A DNA stretch of 64,000 bases from Candidatus Iainarchaeum sp. Lineage in GTDB: Archaea; Iainarchaeota; Iainarchaeia; JAGGVJ01. Position 1 is the stretch's first letter. Every line of letters starts with the position of its first letter. Location of the stretch: the NCBI GenBank assembly GCA_021158055.1, contig JAGGVJ010000019.1, positions 1 through 64,000 on the forward strand, in the 5' to 3' direction. The notes below the pieces were generated by a model. That model saw only the letters and a program-made list of their open reading frames with translations. It was not told the origin of the DNA and searched no databases. Position numbers and translations under genes: made by a program. Shown in pieces: positions 19,521 through 29,969 of the stretch.

Positions 19521-19749
19521 ACGAGCCGACATAGTCAACGCTTACACTGTCCCCGGATTCAACTTCGTCGCTTTTTGCGTTTGTATTGTCAGTTATGTTG
19601 TTGTCGGTTGGTTCATTTGAATCATCCGGCGCAATAATAGTATCGTCGGTTGGTTCAAAAGTAATGTTGTTATCTGTCGGCGGGCTTGTGCACCCTGCAA
19701 AGAATGAGATTAAAAGTAATGAGAAAATCAGTAAAGTTGTATTTTTCAT
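18988..19749 (-). CDS. FKBP-type PPIase, predicted lipoprotein
   Basis: Lipobox-like FFAGC, same FKBP core, extended insert domain. Confidence 0.88.
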   Translation of the reverse strand: MKNTTLLIFSLLLISFFAGCTSPPTDNNITFEPTDDTIIAPDDSNEPTDNNITDNTNAKSDEVESGDSVSVDYVGSFEDGTVFDTSIESKATEANLPPRPEYTPMTFTAGSGQMIKGFDQAVIGMKLNETKTVTIPPEDAYGEMDPLALQTTLLTDYADLDDLETGYGKEIAEGDVLESPFGLIDIIAINDSNVTLKLTPFQKGTLVPSPYGLMRIEDANSTHMTINLNALLGETLVFEITVKDIEKTADLED

Positions 19750-19997
19750 GGGTTCACCTTTTCAATAGTTTTTGTTTTTAAGATTATTGTGCTGTTGTTT
19801 TGTTATAATGACGTTATTGCTGGTTATACATTAGTTAACCGGTTGTAAATGAAATTATCACTGTTTGTGTGCATTATTTCACGCTGTTGCTGTTTATGCA
19901 TATGATTTCACGCGGTTTTTGCATGCTTGTTGTGAATTTTTGTGTTATCTGAAGTGGGGGTTTGCTGTCCCCCGCACCAGATTGATTGGTAAAGCGT

Positions 19998-20135
19998 TTA
20001 ACCGCCGATTCTAAACACGCTTGTTCCGCAGTTTGGACAAGTGCCTTTTGTTGCTTTTCTTCCGTTTTTCATTGTGACTTGTGTCGGGTTTTGTATTTCG
20101 GTTTTTTTCTTGCATTTTACACAATATGCTTCCAT
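19998..20135 (-). CDS. Small zinc-ribbon protein, DUF5679-like (45 aa; below ORF-track cutoff)
   Basis: Manual translation MEAYCVKCKKKTEIQNPTQVTMKNGRKATKGTCPNCGTSVFRIGG; GAGGTGG SD. Confidence 0.88.
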   Translation of the reverse strand: MEAYCVKCKKKTEIQNPTQVTMKNGRKATKGTCPNCGTSVFRIGG

Positions 20136-20266
20136 TTAGTCCACCTCGTGATTTTTAATAATCATTTTTACTTTTAAAAGTTTAATGGTTAATTGATGCC
20201 AAAAGTAAAGAAGATTACTTACTAGTGAAAGAACAACATTTTATTTATATGTTAGTGTTGAAGCGG

Positions 20267-21157
20267 TCAGCCGGCAAGTATCAGATAACTTCCGAGAAGC
20301 ATCACTATACACGCAACTGCCTTGTGAAAAATGTTTTTTTCATGAAATATCTCCCCGCCAATTATTGTCGTGAAGAGCACGCTGAGTCGTTTTATGGGGA
20401 TGACAAGGCTTACAAAAACAATTGCCACTGCCATTGCCTGCATTAGCCTGTATCCTGTTACAAGTATTGCGGTTAAAAGAAACAGTTTCCATTGGCTTGA
20501 AAAAGCCGTTTTTATTTCTTTAAGGCTGTTCCTGTGCTTGGCAAGAGTCATGGCTGCAAAATTGAATGAAATAAATGCCTGAACAATGAATATGTATGCG
20601 AACGGACTGACTGCAAGGCCGTCCACGTTGAGCACCTGCCTGTCCATGAGTGAAGAAAACCCGTAGAGAATCGCGCTTATCAGTATTAACGGCGAGTACT
20701 TGGATTTTACGAGTTCCTGGATCGGTGCTATGAAACTTGAGTGGTATTTTGCCCATTCCAGCAGGTAAGCCCCTGTTGCGATAAGAACTATCCCGCTTAT
20801 TTGTGTTGATGTAATTCTTTCCCCCAGAAATGTAAAGGCAAACAATGATAAGACCATCGGGTTGATGTTTGTCATTGGTGACACGATGGATATTTCAAGG
20901 TGCCTCATTGCTTTTGTTATGAAAAGGAATGCAAAGCTTCCGAATACTGAAGCGCTGAACATGAATACCCATGCTTGCATCGGTATTGATGAAAGATCAA
21001 CGAAAAGCAGGAGCGGGATTGAAACGAAAACATTTGTAATTGCAAGGCTGAGTGAAAATTGCAGGGCATGTGCGTTTTTGAGTATTTTTTTCTCTATGAT
21101 TATTGCTGCAGAACCCAGTACAGCCGACGCGAAAGCATACAGAAACCAGATTTCCAT
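20267..21157 (-). CDS. EamA/DMT family transporter
   Basis: About 10 TM segments, two EamA halves (FLGERIT, IFHEK). Confidence 0.85.
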   Translation of the reverse strand: MEIWFLYAFASAVLGSAAIIIEKKILKNAHALQFSLSLAITNVFVSIPLLLFVDLSSIPMQAWVFMFSASVFGSFAFLFITKAMRHLEISIVSPMTNINPMVLSLFAFTFLGERITSTQISGIVLIATGAYLLEWAKYHSSFIAPIQELVKSKYSPLILISAILYGFSSLMDRQVLNVDGLAVSPFAYIFIVQAFISFNFAAMTLAKHRNSLKEIKTAFSSQWKLFLLTAILVTGYRLMQAMAVAIVFVSLVIPIKRLSVLFTTIIGGEIFHEKNIFHKAVACIVMLLGSYLILAG

Positions 21158-21272
21158 CCATGCACCTTTTTAAATGAGTCAATAAGTTAATGATTCAAAA
21201 ATTATCTTACTTTTTTCAGGGAAGGTATCTTTGACTGAAAAAGTCAAAAAAAATAAAAAAAAGAACGAGCGG

Positions 21273-22067
21273 TCACTCGTTCTTTTTCTTGGTGTTTCCA
21301 AAGTTTTTGAATGCTTCAAGCACTTCAACCGGCGTCAGGAAGATAATGGTGTTGCTTTGGTCGCTTGAAATGTCGTTGATGGTCTGAAGCGTCCTGAGGT
21401 GCAGGGCTCCTGTCGAAGAGCTGAGTTTTTTCGCGGCATCTGCAAGGTTTGTCGAGGCAATGAGTTCTCCCTCGGCCTTTATGATTGTTGACCTTTTTTC
21501 CCTTTCCGCTTCTGCCTGTTTTGCCATCACTCTTTTCATTTCAGTGGGGAGCTCTATGTGCTTCATTTCAACGCTTTCTACTTTTATTCCCCATGGGTCG
21601 GTCGCTTTGTCAACGATTTCCTTTATTTTTCTGGAAATTGCGTCTCTTTTCGTAAGCAACTCGTCCATTTCAACTTCCCCGACAACGTCTCTCATTGTGG
21701 TCTGTGCAAGCTGTGACACAGCATAAGCGAAGTGTTCGACTTTTATGATCGCTGCCGCAGAGTCAATCACGCGAAAGTAAAGCACGGCGTTGACGTTGAG
21801 TGAAATGTTGTCTTTTGTCATTGCGTCCTGGTCAGGGACATCAATAACTTTTACCCTCATGTCCACGCGGTTCCACGTTTCAAGAAAGGGGACAACAATT
21901 CTCAGGCCGGGTTCAAGTATCCCCTGGTATTTTCCAAGCCGGAATTTGACTCCACGCTCGTATTCATTCACTATTTTTATTCCGCTTACGACAAACAAAC
22001 CCAGTATTACCATCAATGGAAAGAATAGCCCTTCCAAAAACAATGCCGGGTATAACAAATTAATCAT
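21273..22067 (-). CDS. SPFH/band 7 (stomatin/slipin) family protein
   Basis: EYERGVKFRLG, TKDNI, AQTTMRDVVG, QAEAEREKR, ALHLRTLQT. Confidence 0.93.
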   Translation of the reverse strand: MINLLYPALFLEGLFFPLMVILGLFVVSGIKIVNEYERGVKFRLGKYQGILEPGLRIVVPFLETWNRVDMRVKVIDVPDQDAMTKDNISLNVNAVLYFRVIDSAAAIIKVEHFAYAVSQLAQTTMRDVVGEVEMDELLTKRDAISRKIKEIVDKATDPWGIKVESVEMKHIELPTEMKRVMAKQAEAEREKRSTIIKAEGELIASTNLADAAKKLSSSTGALHLRTLQTINDISSDQSNTIIFLTPVEVLEAFKNFGNTKKKNE

Positions 22068-22227
22068 CTGACATTCCTCCTTGATTTTTATGTTTTTCAG
22101 TTTGTGTTTCTGATTTGGTTTCTATTGAGATTATTGTAACCAACAAAGTGGGTAGGTAATAAAATATGTTTTGGTGCGGATAGTTAATAAAATACATTTT
22201 GGTTGCGTGTGTTCTGCCCACCGGCAG

Positions 22228-22959
22228 TCATCCGGATTTTTTTCCAACAAGCCTTGCTTTTGTTATTTCAAGGGTTCCTTGTTGGCCTGTCCATTTTGTT
22301 TTGCTTTCAAGTATTTCAATTTTTTTTGAAAAAAAAGGGCAGTCAAGAACAAGGGTTTCGAATTCGCCGCCTTCGCCTGCAACGTGGATTTTTGTTTTTT
22401 CATTGAGTTTCAAAAGGTCGTTTACGCATTTTTCATCTATTTTTCTTCCCAGCCATGGTTTGTCAAGGCCTTCAGCTGCCACGCCGACTATGCGCACGTC
22501 CCATTCTTTTTTTGTGAATTCCAGCATGTAATCCGCTGGATTTTCCCCCCACAACGGTGAAATGCATTCTATGTTGAGTTCTTTGCATATGTTTTCAAGG
22601 CGGGAGTGTTGATATTTTGATGCAAGTGCACCGGTTACCAGGCAGTCGATGTCAAGGTATTGAAGAATTTCTTTTATGTCAGAGAGCTCTTCTTCTTTTT
22701 TTCCTTCTGTTTGTTTGATGATGTGTGTTATTCCCATGCTTTGAGCCGCGAGTTCTGTCAGCTCAATGTTCGGGTAGTGAAACATGTACGACTCCGGGTT
22801 TTCAGAGTAAAACGAAACAAGATATGCTATTTCTATGTTGTTTTTTGTGGCGGTGTAGGCGGCAAAAACAGAGTCTTTTCCCCCGGAAAACATTACTGCG
22901 GCTCTTTTTTTCCTGTTTTCTCCCTTGTTTTTGTTTTTTGCAGTGTCAGTGTTGTTCAT
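22228..22959 (-). CDS. dph6: Diphthine--ammonia ligase (PP-loop ATPase)
   Basis: FSGGKDS, SYMFH, GALASKYQ, PLW, GEGGEFETLVLD. Confidence 0.88.
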   Translation of the reverse strand: MNNTDTAKNKNKGENRKKRAAVMFSGGKDSVFAAYTATKNNIEIAYLVSFYSENPESYMFHYPNIELTELAAQSMGITHIIKQTEGKKEEELSDIKEILQYLDIDCLVTGALASKYQHSRLENICKELNIECISPLWGENPADYMLEFTKKEWDVRIVGVAAEGLDKPWLGRKIDEKCVNDLLKLNEKTKIHVAGEGGEFETLVLDCPFFSKKIEILESKTKWTGQQGTLEITKARLVGKKSG

Positions 22960-22989
22960 GTGCTTGTCATCTCTTGCGGCCTGTTTTGT

Positions 22990-23544
22990 TCAGCTGTCGT
23001 CAAAATAAATGTTTTTGTTTATGAACGGGATCAATGCGACCACCAGGCCGTACGTGTATGATTTTTTCCGTGTCATTACGTTTTTAGTGAAAAACCCTAT
23101 TGCGCCGGTTTTTTGTTTGCTGTTTTTTTCTTTGATCAGGCAATCGATAACGTCTCCGAGTTCGTTTCCTTCAAGAATTTTACTGATTGTCTTTTTTGGC
23201 AGTTCAAAGAGAGGGGATGTTCCAAAGCCTGTTTTTCCGTTTTCGTCCATGATGCAGATTCCACCGAAAGCAAACCATTTTGAGTAATAATTTGTTATTC
23301 CCCCTTCTATTCCCACAAAATAGGTTGCGCCCATGTTTTGTTCCCGGTTGATTTTCCTGAGTTCAGTTGCCCTGTTTTCTGCGCCTTCAAAGATTTCCCG
23401 GTCTATGGGTTGAGCGGAAACCATTGAGTCCACTTCAATTTCCAGAACCTCAAAGTCGTTGAAGTAATTTGAAAAAGCGTCTTTTACGGCGTTTGCTTTC
23501 ACAGGGTTTTTGGACCCGATTAAGATTTTCATGTTATTTTTCAT
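22990..23544 (-). CDS. yjjX: Inosine/xanthosine triphosphatase
   Basis: GSKNPVK, VSAQP, GAENRA, VGIEGG, GAIGFFT, TRK. Confidence 0.9.
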   Translation of the reverse strand: MKNNMKILIGSKNPVKANAVKDAFSNYFNDFEVLEIEVDSMVSAQPIDREIFEGAENRATELRKINREQNMGATYFVGIEGGITNYYSKWFAFGGICIMDENGKTGFGTSPLFELPKKTISKILEGNELGDVIDCLIKEKNSKQKTGAIGFFTKNVMTRKKSYTYGLVVALIPFINKNIYFDDS

Positions 23545-23821
23545 GTTATGTATTATTGGTTATTTTGTGTTATATATTGTTGGTTGGTTTGCCTGTTGTT
23601 GTTTGATTTTTTGTCCTGAATCTGTAAAGCCGCATATCCAGCAGAAATGAAATATTTATATACCTGCATATCCATCAATAATGTACAATTTTGTAGTGCG
23701 TATGCAGTGATTGCGTGTGCAAAACAGGTTGTATGGGTGCGGTTTCAAATTTTTTGTTTTTTAACTGTTTTTTTGAAACGCATGTATTTTACTTTTTGTT
23801 TTAAACAAAGGGGGAATGTAA

Positions 23822-25468
23822 ATGAATCAGCAAGGACAACCAATCATATTTTTACCTGAAGGGGCGCAAAGGCTTCTTGGGCGCGATGCACAGCGAAACA
23901 ACATTCAGGTTGCAAAAGCTGTTGCAGGGGCAGTGAGGACAACTCTTGGCCCGAAAGGAATGGACAAGATGCTTGTCGACGAGCTCGGAGACATCATAAT
24001 AACAAATGATGGCGCAACAATTCTTGACGAGATGAATGTCGAGCACCCGGCGGCAAAAATGCTTGTCGAAGTTGCAAAAACACAGGACGACGAAGTCGGT
24101 GACGGCACAACTTCAGCAGTTGTTTTGGCAGGGGAGCTTCTCAAGCAGTCAGAAGATCTGCTTGACATGGGCGTTCACTCAAGCGTGATTGTAAAGGGGT
24201 ACAGGCTTGCTGCAGAAAAAGCGCTTTCAACGCTTTCGACTCTTTCCGAGGATGTCACTATTTCTGACGAGGACGTCCTCAACAAGATTTCAGTTACTGC
24301 AATGACCGGAAAAGGACCTGAAAAAGCAAGATTTGAACTTTCCCAGCTCGTGGTCACTGCAATAAAGCAGGTTGCTGAAAAAGAAGACGGTGAATATGTC
24401 ATTGATACGGATCACATAAAGCTTGAAAAAAAGGTTGGTGGGGACATTCTTGACACTGAGCTTATCCAGGGGATTGTTGTTGACAAGGAAAGAGTTCACA
24501 CAAACATGCCGAAAAAAGTGGAATCTGCAAAAATCGCTCTTGTTGACAGTGCTCTTGAAGTCAAGGAAACAGAAACCGACGCCGAGATAAGAATCACTTC
24601 TCCTGACCAGCTTGAAGCGTACCTTGAACAGGAAGAAAAAATGCTCCGCACAATGGTTGAAAATATCAAGGAAAGCGGCGCAAACGTTGTGTTTTGCCAG
24701 AAGGGAATTGATGACATGGCGCAGCATTTCCTTGCAAAAGAAGGTATTTTTGCAGCAAGGAGAGTCAAAAAGTCAGACATGGAAAAACTTTCAAAGGCAA
24801 CCGGTGCTTTGATTGTCTCCAACTTGAAGGATATTTCTTCAACTGACCTTGGAGACGCAGACGTTGTCGAGGAAAGAAAAATCGCAGGCGAGGCAATGAC
24901 TTTTGTTGAGGGTTGTTCTGACCCAAAAGCAGTTACGATTCTTGTTCGCGGAGGAACCGAGCACGTTGTCGCAGAAGTCGAAAGGGCTCTTAATGACGCG
25001 GTCGGTGTTGTTGCGGCTTCCATTGAAGACGGCAAGATAGTTTCAGGCGGCGGTTCAACTGAAATTGAACTTGCTCTTTCGCTCAGGGACTACTCGAAAA
25101 GCATAGGCGGACGGGAACAGCTGGCAATCGAGGCATTTGCAAACGCGCTTGATATTATTCCAAAGACACTGGCTGAAAGCGCGGGAATGGATTCGATTGA
25201 CACCCTTGTTGATTTGAGGTCAAAGCACGAGGGTTCTCCTGACGGAAAATACTTTGGGGTTGAAGTTCTCAAGTCACAGACTGCGAACATGTTTGACCTT
25301 GATGTCATTGAGCCGCTCCGCGTGAAAAAGCAGGCAATTTCAAGTGCCGCCGAATCTGCCCAAATGATTTTGAGAATCGATGACGTAATCAGCGGTTCAG
25401 GAAAAGGCAAGGGAATGCCCCCTGAAGCGATGGGTGGAATGGGCGGCATGCCGCCCGGCATGATGTAA
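23822..25468 (+). CDS. ths: Thermosome (group II chaperonin) subunit
   Basis: [36 protein letters not shown] tail. Confidence 0.97.
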   Translation: MNQQGQPIIFLPEGAQRLLGRDAQRNNIQVAKAVAGAVRTTLGPKGMDKMLVDELGDIIITNDGATILDEMNVEHPAAKMLVEVAKTQDDEVGDGTTSAVVLAGELLKQSEDLLDMGVHSSVIVKGYRLAAEKALSTLSTLSEDVTISDEDVLNKISVTAMTGKGPEKARFELSQLVVTAIKQVAEKEDGEYVIDTDHIKLEKKVGGDILDTELIQGIVVDKERVHTNMPKKVESAKIALVDSALEVKETETDAEIRITSPDQLEAYLEQEEKMLRTMVENIKESGANVVFCQKGIDDMAQHFLAKEGIFAARRVKKSDMEKLSKATGALIVSNLKDISSTDLGDADVVEERKIAGEAMTFVEGCSDPKAVTILVRGGTEHVVAEVERALNDAVGVVAASIEDGKIVSGGGSTEIELALSLRDYSKSIGGREQLAIEAFANALDIIPKTLAESAGMDSIDTLVDLRSKHEGSPDGKYFGVEVLKSQTANMFDLDVIEPLRVKKQAISSAAESAQMILRIDDVISGSGKGKGMPPEAMGGMGGMPPGMM

Positions 25469-25510
25469 TCTAGTACAATCATGATGTAACCCGGTACGAT
25501 ATCTGAAAAA

Positions 25511-25547
25511 GGCGCGGGATTTTCTTCCGCGCCGTCTTATTTTTTTT
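25511..25547 (+). terminator. GC hairpin followed by T tract after thermosome
   Basis: GGCGCGG...CCGCGCC then TATTTTTTTT. Confidence 0.6.
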
Positions 25548-25631
25548 GAGTTTAGTGTTTTAGTTTTTTATTTCTTTTTTGAATTTGGAAGAATTTTTTT
25601 AAAGAAGTTGTTGGTTTTTTTATAGGTGAGT

Positions 25632-25778
25632 GTGCTTATTTGGATTCTTTTAATGACTGTGCCTAGCGGCTTGATTTCACTTGTTGGTGTGGTTTACTTT
25701 TTGGTCAACGAAAAAATTCTTGACAAGCTTATTTTTTTCATGGTTTCTTTTGCAGCCAAACGGTCTTTTGATTTGTGA
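25632..25778 (+). pseudogene. Truncated ZIP family metal transporter (N-terminus only)
   Basis: LIWILLMTVPSGLISLVGV...EKILDKLIFFMVSFAA then loss of similarity and stop; AGGTGA SD. Confidence 0.65.
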
Positions 25779-25963
25779 TGTGGTTTTTTAATTTGCTATG
25801 CCATATTAATTTGTTATATTTGTTATTCTTTTAATATTACTTTTGTTTAATTATTACAGGTAATGTTTGTGCGTTAAACTGTTATTTTGCAGGCAGAAGC
25901 ATTGCATGGTGAGGTATATTGCATTTTTGAGTTTGTTATTCTCTTGAAAATTTTTTAAGGTGG

Positions 25964-27418
25964 GTGTGTATGAAAAAAAGGTTTGTTTTTGTGTTGAGCG
26001 CTGTTTTTGTGTTGATGTTTTTGTCTTTTGCTTTAAGTGAAAGTGTGCGGGAGTGGAGTGCTTCCGAAGAAGAGTATCGCTTTAGAAGTGAAGGCAAGAC
26101 TTTTGAAGCGGAGTTTCTTTTTGAAGACATTTCAGACCACATTCAGATAGATGCGCTGGTAACTGATGTTTACCTTGAAAGAATCACGGAAACAGAAGGG
26201 GCGTTGATTGAATTCAACCAGACGATATGTTACGCGCCTATAGGTGAAAAGTACAGTGATTGCCTTGGACTTGACATTGAAACGGATGTGCTTCGGGGAA
26301 CTATCCACGAGGAGTTTTACCCGCTGCAGTCAAAGTCTTATTCTTACAACAAGGGAATCACGGGTGAACGAGGGACGTTTTTTGTGGATGCTTCAGAGGG
26401 TTTGAAAGTGAAAGTTATTCTTACTTCTTTGACAGACGATGATTTCAAGTTGATTGAGCAAAACGAGATTTACCCTGACAATAACGATGACCCTGAAGAC
26501 GATGTGCTTTATACTATCATACTTTGGGTTCGCGGGGAAACAATTCACGAGCCTGAAACAGATTTGTATTTTCAGGAGTATGATTTTGACGGAAATGTGT
26601 CAACAGAGTTTACGGTTCCGATCAGGGTGGTAAATGATGACCCTGAAGATGACATAAAAGACGTTGAAATTTCTTTTGACAAAACCGGTTGCGTGATTCT
26701 GGACACGGACGACCTTTTCATATTTGACAAGGTAAGCGCGAACAACTACAGGAAAGTTGATGTGCAGATGCGCTGTGACGAGCCCGGAACGTATTTTTTG
26801 AACAACCTTAAAATGTCTTTTTTGAGTTCTGAGGACAATTTGTTTGAAAAACAGGCAGGCAAGGACAAAAACGTAACCATTGTCATTCCTGAGCCCCCGA
26901 AGCCGGTGATTTTAACAAAAATAACAAAGGTTTCAGTGGAAAACGAGTATCCGATCAGGCTTGACTTCAGTTTTAAAAACGAAGGCGATGCGGCTGCGAA
27001 ATCAATAGCGGTTGTTGAAAACTCTGACCTGATTGATTTTGAGGAAATAAGTGTTACCACGCATTCAGTTAGCCCGGGCGAAACCGTGACTTTTTCAGTG
27101 AAAGTGGTTCCTTTGAAAGACAAGGTTGAATTGGTTGATTCAATATCAGTTGAATTCGAGGACTTGTCCGGAAACAAGTACAGTTTAGGTTTGCCTCCTC
27201 TCATAGTCAACTATGAAAAAATTGAGGAAATCAAGGCAGGGCAGATAGAAAATCCCGAGGAAGAGCAGCAGTACATTCCGCCTCTTCAGACGTTCCTGGT
27301 AAAAAACGAGTCAAACATACCTTTGTTTTTGATTGCTGTGCTTTTGGCTTTTGTTGTTTACGCCGCATACGAAAAGAAGAAAAAGCAAAATCCAACAGGC
27401 CTTAATGTTTTCAGGTGA
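25964..27418 (+). CDS. Surface protein with Ig-like (CARDB/BatD-like) domains and C-terminal TM
   Basis: Signal peptide, FKNEGDAAAKSI...VSPGETVTF, C-terminal TM + KKKK. Confidence 0.7.
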   Translation: MCMKKRFVFVLSAVFVLMFLSFALSESVREWSASEEEYRFRSEGKTFEAEFLFEDISDHIQIDALVTDVYLERITETEGALIEFNQTICYAPIGEKYSDCLGLDIETDVLRGTIHEEFYPLQSKSYSYNKGITGERGTFFVDASEGLKVKVILTSLTDDDFKLIEQNEIYPDNNDDPEDDVLYTIILWVRGETIHEPETDLYFQEYDFDGNVSTEFTVPIRVVNDDPEDDIKDVEISFDKTGCVILDTDDLFIFDKVSANNYRKVDVQMRCDEPGTYFLNNLKMSFLSSEDNLFEKQAGKDKNVTIVIPEPPKPVILTKITKVSVENEYPIRLDFSFKNEGDAAAKSIAVVENSDLIDFEEISVTTHSVSPGETVTFSVKVVPLKDKVELVDSISVEFEDLSGNKYSLGLPPLIVNYEKIEEIKAGQIENPEEEQQYIPPLQTFLVKNESNIPLFLIAVLLAFVVYAAYEKKKKQNPTGLNVFR

Positions 27419-27533
27419 GTTGCGATAGTGCACTGATAAGGGTCGAGTCACTGGCTTAGCGGATGATGCACAAGGTCAGTGGCGCAGTAGACAGCGCGAC
27501 AGGTTAATGTTGAAGCAGCAGTGCAATAAGTTG

Positions 27534-27701
27534 TTATTGCAGCGGGATCGTGTGGAGAATCAGCACTACGCCAATGAGAATTCCGGCCGCGACAATAACA
27601 ATTTCAGGGCTTATCTGAGGCCCTGCGGCATCTCCGTCAAAAAATCTCATTATCCCGATTGAAGTGTTCGGCTGCTGGACGCTTGTTTTTTTTATTTTCA
27701 T
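27534..27701 (-). CDS. secG: Preprotein translocase subunit Sec61beta
   Basis: GIMRFFD...PQISPEIVI + single TM. Confidence 0.85.
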   Translation of the reverse strand: MKIKKTSVQQPNTSIGIMRFFDGDAAGPQISPEIVIVAAGILIGVVLILHTIPLQ

Positions 27702-27825
27702 TTTATTGCACCTTAAAATTTTTTGCAATTGTTAGTGTTGTTTATTTTTTTATTTATTTGATAACTCGTTAATTTTTCATTTGTTACCATTATTAATATA
27801 AATCAATGGATTAATATTATTTACT

Positions 27826-28755
27826 ATGAAATTGTCTGGCGCGATAAACAAGAATTTTTCAAGAATACTTATTCTTGGTTTATTGATCTTTGTCCTTGTG
27901 CTGATTCTTGTAAGCACTCACATCGTGTCGTGCAGGGCAATTCCCGGATTTTGCGGGGTTTATGAGTCTTTTTTTGGAAAGCCTGATGTTCTGATTGTCT
28001 ACGGCGACGATGGGATGGGTGACGAAAGGGTTTTGTATGATACTTTTGTCAAGAGGCTGAATGTGTTTCCCGAATCAATGCATGTGAAGATAATCAGTCC
28101 GGGTTATCTTGAAAAATACGAGCTTGTTATCGTGACCCATGCAAAGACCATGAGTGTCCAGCAGATAAAGTCACTGATGGATTATGCTCTGAAGGGAGGG
28201 CGGCTTGTTTGGATAGGGGATGCAGGAACGGGTTTTCCGCAGGGTGAATCTCCGGTTTATCTCGATGACATCGAGCAGTGCGTGCAGGAACCCTCAAAAC
28301 CATTGGACTGCCCTGAACACGAACTGCTTAACCCGTGGGTCAGAAAAGATTCAAACAGGGTTTACAGGCTTGATTATCTTTTGAATTCCGAGGTAATCGG
28401 TTATTTCTCGCAGGATCCGAATTATTTTTCAGGCAAGATGCAGATACCGGACAGGTCAGACCCGCTTGTAAAAGGCATTTCTTCAGACCTTTCGCTTAAA
28501 ACAAACTTTCTGGTAGTCAAACTGACTGACGTCGGCCAGTTTGAGGCAGGGCGCAAAATAGTCGCCACAGTTACAACGAACGCTTCTTTTGAAAAAGACG
28601 GTTTAAAGTACTCTGACCCTTTCCCTGTGATTATTTCAAGCGGGGTCGGGGGCGGAAAAAGAGTTGTCTATTATGCCTTTTCACCTGAAGAACTTGTAAA
28701 ATCGCAGAAATGGTACTCGTTTATAGAAAGCATTTACTATGCAATGGTTTACTAG
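27826..28755 (+). CDS. Membrane-anchored hypothetical protein with GATase-like (flavodoxin-type) domain
   Basis: TM; LEKYELVIV...DYALKGGRLVWIGDAG; GKRVVYY. Confidence 0.6.
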   Translation: MKLSGAINKNFSRILILGLLIFVLVLILVSTHIVSCRAIPGFCGVYESFFGKPDVLIVYGDDGMGDERVLYDTFVKRLNVFPESMHVKIISPGYLEKYELVIVTHAKTMSVQQIKSLMDYALKGGRLVWIGDAGTGFPQGESPVYLDDIEQCVQEPSKPLDCPEHELLNPWVRKDSNRVYRLDYLLNSEVIGYFSQDPNYFSGKMQIPDRSDPLVKGISSDLSLKTNFLVVKLTDVGQFEAGRKIVATVTTNASFEKDGLKYSDPFPVIISSGVGGGKRVVYYAFSPEELVKSQKWYSFIESIYYAMVY

Positions 28756-28935
28756 TAGCAGTTGCACCGTATTTTTGGCACTAACAGGACTTTTTTTAGG
28801 AAAGTATTTAAATATACCGTCGCTATTCTATATTCTATAATCAGTATTTATGCAATAATTTTATATTTTGTATTGACCTTATTAGAAAGTTGATTTTATT
28901 ATAAATGGGGATAAATAAAAAAACGGTGTGTAAAA

Positions 28936-29769
28936 ATGGATCAAAATGAACGTCAGGATAACGGAAGAAGTGGACTTTCATACCACATGGAAGGTTTTAT
29001 ACCATTGCTGATTGTATTGGTTTTGGTTGTGTTGATTTTGTCAAGCCAGGGAATGATAAACCTTGGCGGCATTCCTGTTTTGGGTGCTTTTTTCCCGTCA
29101 GCCGGCGGGATGAATGTTCTTGTTCTGGGCGAGTCAAACGCTAGCATGATGGATATACTTAATTCCAGTGACGCAAAAGCAATGGGGATACAGGTAACTC
29201 CTTTTTCAGACCCTAACTCACTTTTCCCGAATTATCTTGACGGTTTCGATGTTGTAATGCTGCACCAGACAGGCGCAGACAAAACGGTTGACAGGAAGTC
29301 AAGGGAAGAAATTGCAAGAAGGGTGAAAAACGGGGGAAAGTTGATTGTGATACAAAACGCCGGAACAAAGGTTACAGACGATGCATCTGTGCTTGGATGG
29401 GGACTTGGCTACGGTGAAGTAATTCCTGTCGAGTGCGTCAACGTCCTGAACCCGGGTGAAGCATCCTGCGACACACCGATCAGTATTTCAGGTGTTTTTC
29501 AGCCTGCAAAACCAAACCACAAGGTGCTTGAAGGGATTGTTAAGTATCCTGCACAAGGCACAAGGCACTTCAACATTTATGGCGTGAGGCCAAAAGGAGA
29601 GGTTTTGGCGTATATTTCCGAGACATCAACAGGAACACCTTACCCGGCAGTTGTTGTTGGAAGCGTAGGGTTTGGCGGCGCGACAGTTTACTTTAACTTT
29701 GACCCGTCAACTGACCAGAGAATGCCCCAGCTTTTGCTGAACTCAATTTCCTACCTGACAGGGTACTAG
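28936..29769 (+). CDS. Membrane-anchored hypothetical protein, paralog of the upstream GATase-like protein
   Basis: TM; YLDGFDVVML...VKNGGKLIVIQNAG; GATVYFNFDP. Confidence 0.6.
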   Translation: MDQNERQDNGRSGLSYHMEGFIPLLIVLVLVVLILSSQGMINLGGIPVLGAFFPSAGGMNVLVLGESNASMMDILNSSDAKAMGIQVTPFSDPNSLFPNYLDGFDVVMLHQTGADKTVDRKSREEIARRVKNGGKLIVIQNAGTKVTDDASVLGWGLGYGEVIPVECVNVLNPGEASCDTPISISGVFQPAKPNHKVLEGIVKYPAQGTRHFNIYGVRPKGEVLAYISETSTGTPYPAVVVGSVGFGGATVYFNFDPSTDQRMPQLLLNSISYLTGY

Positions 29770-29810
29770 GTGCCCTGGCCGGTTTTAGGAAAAATGTTTT
29801 GATCCACCAG

Positions 29811-29837
29811 GCCTGCAGGGAATTTTCCCATGCAGGC
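29811..29837 (+). terminator. Hairpin downstream of the 28936-29769 gene
   Basis: GCCTGCA-GGG...CCC-A-TGCAGGC. Confidence 0.5.
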
Positions 29838-29969
29838 ACACCGTTTTTGTCCCGTTTAACTTTTTTTCAAGCGTGGTTTATATATTTCATTTGGTTAATT
29901 GTTATTTTAAGTGTTTTTGCCGACAAACTTAAACGCTTGTTTTGAAATATATTTAGCGGGGCAGGCAGT

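Noticed and set aside
27419-27533. Possible small RNA between convergent genes
   Set aside because: No properly ordered C/D boxes or convincing fold.
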